A DNA stretch of 64,000 nucleotides, counting the filler, from Stramenopiles sp. TOSAG23-3 (lineage: Eukaryota): NCBI GenBank assembly GCA_900128585.1. It is 41 parts of 41 records of this genome, joined end to end, with 100 filler letters (N's around TTAATTAATTAA, not from the genome) between each part and the next. Parts side by side here need not be neighbours in the genome. Positions count along the whole stretch, not along the records: positions 54,814 to 56,268 come from LT645833.1; positions 56,369 to 57,822 come from LT645834.1; positions 57,923 to 59,375 come from LT645835.1; positions 59,476 to 60,927 come from LT645836.1; positions 61,028 to 62,478 come from LT645837.1; positions 62,579 to 64,000 come from LT645873.1; 35 more parts are not named here. One strand, 5' to 3'. A program made the position numbers and the translations under genes. The notes under the pieces were generated by a model that had not been told where the DNA came from, ran no database searches, and saw only the letters and a program-made list of their open reading frames with translations. Numbering within the stretch: position 1 is the stretch's first letter; each line of letters starts with the position of its first letter. This document shows positions 55,081 to 64,000 of the stretch, one piece after another.

Positions 55081-56268
55081 TTATTTATACTTGTCGTTTT
55101 CGGTCACTTTGTTGTACTTGTTGACGTAGTGGCTTTTATTTGTTTTTGAGAGGCAACACGTGGTGTTCCAGTTCGAGGAGCCTTTGGCGGTATTTCGGTT
55201 TGGCAACAACAGTTTCACGTTGGTCGTCAGTCCGGCAATGTTCCCTCGGTTGACCTCCGTGATCCGAAACGTGTTTCTGTTAAGCATGATTGCGTTGACT
55301 CGGTAGGCGTCTTGGTCTGCCACTTTCGGCGTTGGGGCAGGCAGCGAGGCCTTCCATTTCTTCTTCTTCTTGACCGTGCCTTCTCGCTCAGCCTTCAGCG
55401 CCTTTTTGAGCAATTTAACTAAACGGAGGTTTGCGCGATCGCACGGCATGTACATCAAGTTTTTCACGCGTTTGTCGCGTTCTTTCATAATCACCCTTTG
55501 CAAGTCGTGAAAGCTATAGTCGCCCTTTGCGTTCGTTTTCAGCCTTTTGAACATGTTGCGAATTTGTTCGGGTGTTTTCTGCGGAACTTTATGCAGCTCT
55601 TCGTCCGCCTGTATCAAAATCTCTTCCTGCTCTTCGCGCTGCAACCTTTCGTTGCCTATGTACACTCTCAAAATATCTTCTCGCTGCATTTCTTCGATCA
55701 TCGCCTTTAGTTCTACGTCAGAAACTATGTGGTCCCCTTGAATGCCACATCGCAGGTTTCCGTCAGAAGCTAGGGGCCCGTAGCTTCCCAATACGGCCAA
55801 CCGTCCAGTGGACGCAGGGTGCCACTCTCCCTCCGGGAAGCAAAAGTTCAAGATGGCATCCAGTGAGACCCACTCGCTTTTCTTGGCGGGCGGTTTCTTC
55901 CCGCCCCGCATCAGCGCATCCATTCTGGCGAGTTCCTCCAACAGTTCGTCGACAAAGGCCGCCTCTTTTCTTCCGGCGACCTCAGACATGCTGACGTCGA
56001 CCACGTTTCTAAGCTTGTCTTCCCCGAACTTTACGCGCAGCGAGTCGCCAATCGGCTGACCGTCCTCGTCCTTCCACAATTCTGGGTCCGCCGGCCCGGC
56101 AAGGGTTTTGATCGCTTCGACGCACCCTTCCCCTTCTATCAGCGCGATGGCAATCATACCGCTACACAAAAAAGCCGCCAGGGCGTCCCGCTCTTCCGTT
56201 TTGGCGGCCAGCGCGGCCTCCTCCTCCGCGACCCTTGCCGCGCGGGCAGTTCGGCTGGTACTCTTTCG
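55081..56268 (-). CDS. Protein with a degenerate nucleoside-diphosphate-kinase (NDK) domain, C-terminal part
   Basis: MCSG..IALIEGEGCVEAIKTLAGPADP...SLRVKFGEDKLRNVVDVSMS...KEAAF is an NDK C-terminal half lacking HGSD. Confidence 0.7.
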   Translation of the reverse strand, partial: RKSTSRTARAARVAEEEAALAAKTEERDALAAFLCSGMIAIALIEGEGCVEAIKTLAGPADPELWKDEDGQPIGDSLRVKFGEDKLRNVVDVSMSEVAGRKEAAFVDELLEELARMDALMRGGKKPPAKKSEWVSLDAILNFCFPEGEWHPASTGRLAVLGSYGPLASDGNLRCGIQGDHIVSDVELKAMIEEMQREDILRVYIGNERLQREEQEEILIQADEELHKVPQKTPEQIRNMFKRLKTNAKGDYSFHDLQRVIMKERDKRVKNLMYMPCDRANLRLVKLLKKALKAEREGTVKKKKKWKASLPAPTPKVADQDAYRVNAIMLNRNTFRITEVNRGNIAGLTTNVKLLLPNRNTAKGSSNWNTTCCLSKTNKSHYVNKYNKVTENDKYK

Positions 56269-56614
56269 NNNNNNNNNNNNNNNNNNNNNNNNNNNNNNNN
56301 NNNNNNNNNNNNTTAATTAATTAANNNNNNNNNNNNNNNNNNNNNNNNNNNNNNNNNNNNNNNNNNNNGTACCGTATACTGTAGAATCAACCTTGGTACC
56401 AATACGTACTTGCTGAACGAAAAAATACGCTAGCAGTTATTATTATAAGTAATTAAGAAAATAATGAACGGGGAGAAACTGTAATGCCTTGTCTGGATCC
56501 CGCATTCTTTTGACGCGAACAAGGCGTTTTTGGTTCAAATCGCCCATCCCAAAACATCAATTTAATCAGGACCCTTTCTTTCTGCTGCACGTTCGGGTAA
56601 ACTTCCTGAAAAAG

Positions 56615-57610
56615 ATGGTTGGCGTCACCGATGAAAATAGGGTGAACTACGAGCCCCAACAACCCAGCCTAACAAAGAGAGGCGAGAAGAGTGCCGTGTC
56701 CAAACAACCTACGCGGCCTCTATCAGGGAATCCAAGAAGGCGCGTCTCGTTTCAGAACCGAAATCCGCCCGGAAAATGTTCACGGCGTCCTCACAGCGCT
56801 GGGCAGACTCGTCGCAGCTTTGTCAAAAAACATCCCGACCTGATTCGCTTCGAGTCCGGCGTTATTGTACCAGCACCGATCAGGTCGAAAGCTGTCGTGG
56901 AGCAGCGCAGGAAAACAAAACTGTCGAAGAAGTCCCGGCTTCGAATAGCTGCGAAAACCGATAAAACCCCGTACCAAACCGCCAAAACCGCATTTCAATC
57001 CACTGGGACGCCATCTACGAACCCTTCTACGAGTCCACTACACACGGCAGGCTCTGCGAGGCAGGTTAATACAACCTTAGAACTTCAGCATCGGGTCGAT
57101 CGGCAGAAACTCATTCTGGCAAGCTATAGGCGTGAAATGAAAGCTCTTCGAACAGAATTAAGAGGGTGTAAAGCAAAGAATAGAAAGTTATGCCGGAGAT
57201 ATATCTCTGAAATAGCTGTTTTAAAGAAGACGGCTGCTGCTGCCCAGAAACAACCGAGCTACACGACTCGAATGCGAAAGGAGAGGGACATGCTGGCAAA
57301 CGAGTTGCAGCGAATGCGGGAAGAGCGGGAGCACCTGCTGGAACTGTTGAAAGCAGCGAGAGCCCAGCACCGCCCTGCAAGGAACGGAGTGAAGGCAGTT
57401 CACGTTATTGCTACTAAGAGCTCACAACGGAAAATGGTACCCCCGCCTCCGACGACTCCAACTTGCCCTCAATCGGAAAGTAACAGTTGCGCCGCGTTCG
57501 GGAACACTAACGTGGTCCCTGTCTCTGGGGGAAATGTCGCGAAGTGCGTGGGCTCTGGTGTTAAGGCGGCAAAATGTAAAACATTTTTAAAGCCCGACGG
57601 CGCACCATAA
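56615..57610 (+). CDS. Hypothetical basic protein with a coiled-coil region
   Basis: Long ATG ORF with RPHSA-type low-complexity N-terminus and heptad-rich middle. Confidence 0.65.
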   Translation: MVGVTDENRVNYEPQQPSLTKRGEKSAVSKQPTRPLSGNPRRRVSFQNRNPPGKCSRRPHSAGQTRRSFVKKHPDLIRFESGVIVPAPIRSKAVVEQRRKTKLSKKSRLRIAAKTDKTPYQTAKTAFQSTGTPSTNPSTSPLHTAGSARQVNTTLELQHRVDRQKLILASYRREMKALRTELRGCKAKNRKLCRRYISEIAVLKKTAAAAQKQPSYTTRMRKERDMLANELQRMREEREHLLELLKAARAQHRPARNGVKAVHVIATKSSQRKMVPPPPTTPTCPQSESNSCAAFGNTNVVPVSGGNVAKCVGSGVKAAKCKTFLKPDGAP

Positions 57611-57923
57611 AATGAGCGGGGGGTTCGTAAATATATTTTTAAACCAAATAATATATCAGAGCATTGCCAGCAGGACGATGGCACGCCATCGAACCACATC
57701 TACCGAACCGCTGATCGAAAATGACACAAACGACCCTCCCCCGACATCCCAACCCACAGATGACAACCCCTTGACTGATTTACAAGACAGACAACGAGCA
57801 CCTCTAAAACTATTAAGCCGCTNNNNNNNNNNNNNNNNNNNNNNNNNNNNNNNNNNNNNNNNNNNNTTAATTAATTAANNNNNNNNNNNNNNNNNNNNNN
57901 NNNNNNNNNNNNNNNNNNNNNNT

Positions 57924-59375
57924 GGCGGGGGTGCTGAAAAAGATGGCGGCGGCGGCGGTGGTTCCTACAGAGCAGACAATTCTACAAATTACCTAAGTTG
58001 CTCCAAGATACCAATAAAAAACCAAGAAGCTTGCTATTCCTTGGAGAATTACGATCCTACTACAAAAAACTGGGAAAGTGTTGGGAATGGACAGTACACT
58101 GGTACTGGTACGGGTACTCTTATTGTAGGCGAAGACGCAGCTGAGGTGCATGAAAATGGTCGAATTATTCGGTATTTATCTGGTTCCACAGCAGAAACCT
58201 ATGACTTTCAGGATATTTTGGGTTCCGATTATACAGTATGCTCTCTAACTCGATATACCAGTACGGATTCAAGTAAGCAAAAGCGGATATTGCAGGGTGA
58301 CGGTTGTAACTGGTTGCATGGGCATTGGAATCGAAATGTAGGGGCCCTGCATTATTGTTACAACAACGAACGCCATCACGTTGGTGGTTCCGGGGAACCT
58401 CCTGATGACAGCAGTCGGTTGAATCGTTGGGCTGCGGTGTGCGCCACAAATCACGCGACAAGATCCTACTACGTTGATGGAATAGAGTACACAGCAAATG
58501 GCGGGACTGGAACTCCAACAAATGGTGTGGTAATAAATGCTGGAAATCACGACGGTGAAAAGTCGGACTGGGCGTTTGCATTTATGGCGACATGGGACTA
58601 TCATTTAACAACAGCAGAAATGAAAACAATGAGTGATTGGCTAATGACGTATAGTGATTGGGCATCGGGCATCAACGACGGGCACGGGCTTGTGTACGTG
58701 TCGTCGGAGAACATCACTGGCTTCAGCACCTTATCGTTTGTTGGCAAAGGAAAAAACGGCGCATTTGATGACCTGTTTGTTAAGTTTGGCACCTCGAACA
58801 GTTTGCCAAGCGAAGCTGTGCCGAATTTCGTGATTACTGCTACAGCAACACGAAACGATCATCACACCCAGCGGGTAAAAGCAATAGACAATGTCAAGCA
58901 AGGCGAAACGGTCGAGTTTTCTCTCTATGCAAAAGGGAGTGGTCCAATTGATCTTTATATTTTCGAAGATGCAACTTCTTCTACCGCTCTTACCTCGGCC
59001 GGATTCACTATATCATACACATGGACCAAGTACAGTGTTACGCGTACATTTACTAGCGACAACCCTATGTGGGTCAGGTTTGAAGTGGATACTTCTGGGA
59101 ACACAACAAACATTGCAGGCATCTCTGCAAACAATACTGGCATTGACTTGACAAATGGACTCGTATTTCATTTAGATTCAAATGATCCCAATTCTTATCC
59201 GGGAAGTGGAAGCACATGGACCGACCTTGCCAGTGGAATTGCAATGGCTGCACAGGATACCACAATGAGCCTCGTTTCCAACCATGGTGGGTCCTCCATC
59301 AATTCCTTTCAAATGGACGGGAATGGACACTGGGAGAGCACTGCGAACCACGATCTGGTCGATATGGCCGGGGAG
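57924..59375 (+). CDS. Extracellular multi-domain lectin-like protein (Gly-rich, ConA/LamG-like, CBM4/9-like), internal fragment
   Basis: GGGGGSY; YTVCSLTRYT..KRILQG..NWLHGHW...SDWA; VEFSLYAKG...WTKYSVT; NGLVFHLDSNDPNSYPGSGSTWTDL. Confidence 0.75.
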
Positions 59376-59475
59376 NNNNNNNNNNNNNNNNNNNNNNNNN
59401 NNNNNNNNNNNNNNNNNNNTTAATTAATTAANNNNNNNNNNNNNNNNNNNNNNNNNNNNNNNNNNNNNNNNNNNN

Positions 59476-60867
59476 CTTTACTCCCCGCTGGTTCATTGCA
59501 CGAGCCGCTCTTCTCGCTGGACAGGCAAATGTACAGTCCCTTAAAATTTTTGCAACCCTCTCCAGATTGTCGTCATTGATGTTGGGGTATATTTCCATGG
59601 CTTTCTCGACAAAGGTTGCATTGTCCCGCAAAAACTTCAGCAGCACCTTCTTCACATTCGCGTCGGTCAGTGGGAAAATAGAAATTCCCTTCATAATGAT
59701 TGGAATCGCCGGCACGAAGATTGTACCCTCGTCCTTGTTCGATCCGAAGATAGACGGAACGCTGCTTCCACGACCATGGATCAGCGCGGCAAGGGGCATT
59801 TCAAAGGTTCCGACCTCTGTCCCGTCGATCGAGGGGCCCCAGGGCATCACAGGAGCAAGCGGCGGTATTACGGAGGACAAGTGTTTTCCAAAGCCTTCCC
59901 CAGCCCTAGCAAAGTATTTGGTAGCTTCTGTGTTCGGCCAGTGGGGCGACAACCACGACAATATGCCGTTCATAATGTCAACGTAAGGCACTTTTCGAAT
60001 GCATGTCAAGAACTCGTCCTGGGCCATTGCAGTGTCGTTGCACCCAAACTTTGCCGCGTATATGCTGCCGAACTGGGCGTCGAGTTTCCATGGTCGAAAG
60101 AATTGATTGGTATCGCAGCTACCTGACTCGCTGATCGCTGCATGGAAGAGGCCTTTGGACCGTTCGCTCGCAAGGTGCCAACACACACTGAAAGCTCCAG
60201 CGCTTTCCCCAAATATGGTAACCTGTGCCTTGTCCCCACCAAAGCGTTCGATATTTTCCTGCACAAACTCCAGTGCTGCCCGTTGATCCCGAACCCCCAT
60301 GTTCCCTGTCGATCCATCCGGGTCTTCGTTCTTCAGCATCTCGTGCGCCAGAAAGCCAAACGGGCCGACTCTGTAGTTGGTAGCGACAACAATTGTGTTC
60401 GTATTCTTCGCCAGCTTCACGCCGTCGTACATGCCAAATTCGAACGCGTCCCCCATGGAATAGCCTCCTCCAAATATCCAAAACATCACCGGCAACTTGG
60501 TCGTGTCTTTCAACGCGTTCGCCGGAACGTACACGTGAAGGTACAGGCAGTCCTCTGAGCCCAAGTGCAACAAACTAAGTTTCAGCTGTGGGCACAACTT
60601 TGGGACCCCCTTTGCGTCCCGAACGCCAGGCCAATTGCCTTGAAAGGGCTGCGGGGGCTTGAAACGGTTTTCCCCGACTGGCGGCGCCGCAAAGGGCACG
60701 TTGTAGAAGACGGCCACCCCATCAACTATTTTCCCTTCGACCGTTCCATACACTGTCTCCACTTTTGGATCGTCCCATGGCCAGGCCACCTTAGAGCCGG
60801 CTGAGTCCACGCCCCGTGCAGTAGCAAACAACAAGACCAACACCAACACCTTGCCAATGTTCAACAT
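59476..60867 (-). CDS. Secreted type-B carboxylesterase/lipase (alpha/beta hydrolase), 3'-truncated
   Basis: Signal peptide, VPFAAPPVGENRF, SEDCLYL, WIFGGGY, NYRVGPFGF, nucleophile motif FGESAG, and GSNKDEG. Confidence 0.95.
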
Positions 60868-61429
60868 GGTATTTGTTTGCAGTGAAACGAAATAGAAATA
60901 AAGTAAAAAAGAAAGAAAGAACTAAAANNNNNNNNNNNNNNNNNNNNNNNNNNNNNNNNNNNNNNNNNNNNTTAATTAATTAANNNNNNNNNNNNNNNNN
61001 NNNNNNNNNNNNNNNNNNNNNNNNNNNGGCTCGTTGTCTGTGGTACTGCTCAATGAAATAATGATCGGTATTGAGTTTGATCGTTTCGTGGTCGTATACA
61101 CATACATTATAATTGATTGATTAACATTTAACATTTTATGACATCGCATAGATACTATAATTTGTTTTTCATGTCCTTTTATTAAATTACTCGCGCGAGT
61201 TAGCGTACGACGTACGGCACGAATTCGTAAAATCTCTTGCTCTTACCCTTCTCTTACCATTTAAAAAAAATTGCTCGTACGAAGAAAATTAAAAAAAAAC
61301 CCCATATGTATACGTAGTATGCTTTAAGACTCTCAAAATTAATGTGTGGTAAACTAAGCTTCTTTGGACTAATCCCCGTCACGGCTCTAAATTCTAAATG
61401 TATACGGGCGCTAACCCCCCCCCCGTTAC

Positions 61430-62167
61430 CTATTTTTGGGCACGAACGACAGTGACGTCGAAGCAAAGGTGAGAGTTTCCTGGAATCTTCCCCGATGCCT
61501 TCTTCCCATACCCGGCGTGTGGGGGCACATAGATCCGCCTCTTCCCACCCTGCTTCATGCCGACCATGCCAATATCCCAACCTTTGATCACTTCTCCAGC
61601 ACCAAGCCGAAACGTGAACGGTTTCCCCTTGGTTCGGTCAAAAATTTTACCATTCTTGTCGTTGAAGCGCCCCACGTACATGACTTCCACCGACTTTCCT
61701 CGTTGCACTTCCTTCCCGTGGCCCGGCTTCAGGTCTTCGACCGTTATCCCCATCGCCAACGTCTTTCTTTGCGGATTGGTCGCATTGGCCACCCCCCCCT
61801 GAAGTTCAATTTCTTGCTTTCTTCTCTCCTTCTGCCTCATTTTCTTCTTCCTCTTTTTCGAATCCGCCCCCAAGGCAGGACCAGTCGACACAGGGACCTT
61901 GGTAACAACCTGCTGGCCGTTCTTGTCGGCGCAAGCGTAGCCTTTCTCCTTGAGGCTCGCTCGGATCCTGTCAGCAACCGCCCAATCCTTTTTTCGCTTA
62001 GCCACGGCCCTGCTCTTCAGCAACCCTTGAACGTCACTGGGAAGGTCCGTGTCGACGTTATCAGCCCGTTCGCTTTCATCAGGCGGCTGGAAGAAGCGCC
62101 GCTTTCGCTCCGACGGCAGAAAGAAGTCGTCCTCGTCCAACCCCTTCTTCCTTTTCCTTCGAGGCAT
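61430..62167 (-). CDS. FKBP-type peptidyl-prolyl isomerase with basic N-terminus and a CysRS-C-terminal-like helical motif
   Basis: FKBP domain VEVMYVGRF...IFD...FTFRLGAGEVIKGWDIGMVGMKQGGKRRI.VPP..GYG....IPGNSHLCFDV. Upstream motif R..AKRKKDWAVADRIRASLKEKG..CAD. Confidence 0.9.
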   Translation of the reverse strand: MPRRKRKKGLDEDDFFLPSERKRRFFQPPDESERADNVDTDLPSDVQGLLKSRAVAKRKKDWAVADRIRASLKEKGYACADKNGQQVVTKVPVSTGPALGADSKKRKKKMRQKERRKQEIELQGGVANATNPQRKTLAMGITVEDLKPGHGKEVQRGKSVEVMYVGRFNDKNGKIFDRTKGKPFTFRLGAGEVIKGWDIGMVGMKQGGKRRIYVPPHAGYGKKASGKIPGNSHLCFDVTVVRAQK

Positions 62168-62578
62168 TCTTCTTCGTCTTAAACAAACAATCAACAGGGC
62201 AAGAGAAAACGAATGAACAATGTAAACATCAATCAAACCAAATACTCGTTTATATTTAAATTGAACAAGTCGTTTTAACTCCTCACCAATCAGTACAATA
62301 ATTTACGTTATTTTCTACTTAGGCAACATAGCAATTGTATAAAGCAAAAGAAGTCATGCTCTTCTTTTTTTCTCTTCTTCTCTACGAGTACTACTATTCT
62401 TCTTATTAATAGTCTATCTTCTTTTCTTTTCTTTTCTTCTCTTTTCTTTTCTTTTCTTCTCTTCTTCTCTTCTCTTCTNNNNNNNNNNNNNNNNNNNNNN
62501 NNNNNNNNNNNNNNNNNNNNNNTTAATTAATTAANNNNNNNNNNNNNNNNNNNNNNNNNNNNNNNNNNNNNNNNNNNN

Positions 62579-63659
62579 CATCATTCATTGTCAATATTGG
62601 AAATGCGTAATAAATACCATATAAACATAAAAAGAAACTAAGGATGATGATAATAAATGCAGAATAAATTTGTATTTTAATTGTTGCATTAATCACATAT
62701 CCATTTTTTAATATCCATTTCGTATCATTTAAACCTGGTACCCTTTCTAAGATGTTGTGTATTTTTAATGGTAAAACTAAAAAGACTCGAAGATAACGTG
62801 CTTTTCTCCAAAATTGACGCCGTTCATTTAATATCATTATATCTTCTTCGTCATCTTTTCCATTATTATTATTAAATGAAAAACGAAATGGTTTTGCAAA
62901 TTGTACTTGGCCACAAAGACATCCAACTCCATATACCATTAATACTTTTGATATTATATCAACTGCTTGACAAGCGGTTGAAATGGATGATGCATATACA
63001 CTTGATGAAACTCTACTATATATATATGTTTCCAAGAATGCAACAAACGGCGTTATAATTATATATTGACCAATTAATCTATTTATGAAAATCAAATCTT
63101 TTTTATAAATTCTTTTTTTATTTGCACACCGAAACAATATAGCAAATAAACATAAAGGCATTTTACAATAAACTCGATTTGGTTTATGACGTTGTAACCA
63201 ACCATTTCCTTTTTTATTAACTGCCAGTCCTAAGTGATACCCAGATGTTATATGAAGATACGCAGTGAAGCTATACAAACAAACAACCGATGCAATTGTG
63301 ACAAAACTATACGAAACTTGTGTCATTTGTGGAAAAAATAGTGTTACCAAACTAAAAAAAGCAAAAATTGCTGGCAAGGCTATTATTCTTAATATATGCA
63401 TAGTTCTTCTGGGCATAACTAATTCACCACCAATTGTATCAAGTTTTTGAAGACTAGATCTTTCATAATGTTTTCGATGATTCATTACCATGCAGGTTGT
63501 CGCTATTGTAAATAAGAAACCAAGTATTTGTAAAATTAATAATGTCACATCAATATCAGATTGATACATTTTTAAATACATGGGCTCCCAAGATGGTGGA
63601 CATGATGATGAAGGCAAGGAATTGTTATTATCAATATTATACAAATTATTATCATGCAT
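62579..63659 (-). CDS. Organic solute transporter alpha/TMEM184-like membrane protein (AT-rich coding)
   Basis: ILRIIALPAIFAFFSL, VCLYSF..YL, P.C.F, and GQYIIITP match the OST-alpha family pattern. Multiple TM helices. Confidence 0.65.
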
Positions 63660-64000
63660 ATTGTTATATATTTATCTTGACTGACAAAGAAATAAAAATG
63701 ACCATACCAAAATGATAATATTATATGGTATTACCTTTTACATTCATTCTTTTTTTTTTTTTTCCCTGTGACTGTGCTGTGTTTTTCTCATCAAATCGCT
63801 CTTTTTTTCTTCTCGTTCGTATCTTTGCACCTTTCATCAAGAGAACCCGAATGAATATAGCTTATATTAAAAGATATTATGGATATATCACCAATGGTAC
63901 AAATAGAATAAATCAAATATAATTAAAGTACCTGCGGCACGAGGACCCTGCTGATTGAAGTAGTTTTAAGGATTTGTGTATCGTTTCGAATATATATGCT

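Noticed and set aside
1-64000. Gene neighbourhood or operon-like system across the window (e.g. YR element next to YIF1 and tubby)
   Set aside because: Adjacent segments are unrelated contigs ordered by length. Only within-contig adjacency is meaningful.

Overview
This window is not a contiguous locus. It is 41 short contigs (~1.45-1.48 kb, sorted by decreasing length) joined by 40 artificial 100-nt spacers (N44-TTAATTAATTAA-N44), so gene neighbourhood across spacers is meaningless. The content is eukaryotic. It looks like a compact, intron-poor genome of a flagellated protist, probably a stramenopile-like single-cell/MDA assembly (inference from the gene set and chimera signatures). Genes are mostly GC-moderate and intergenic DNA is AT-rich and full of microsatellites. 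Recognisable genes include copine, BORCS6-like, SWR1/SRCAP ATPase, ISY1, UBC12, PF20/SPAG16, YIF1, tubby, G-protein beta, type-B carboxylesterase, FKBP, OST-alpha/TMEM184-like, acyltransferase-3 and SGNH hydrolases. Four observations stand out. (1) The exact motif TGGCTGTTATT recurs 7 times (plus 2 TGGCGGTT variants) in intergenic DNA, usually on the sense strand 130-245 nt after stop codons and with associated sub-modules; it is a candidate lineage-specific 3'-end signal or MITE terminus. (2) There is a fragment of a tyrosine-recombinase retrotransposon with RNase H overlapping an intact YR and no methyltransferase (Ngaro-like). (3) Several extracellular proteins have unusual modular architectures. 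(4) There are MDA-type chimeras and homopolymer frameshifts.
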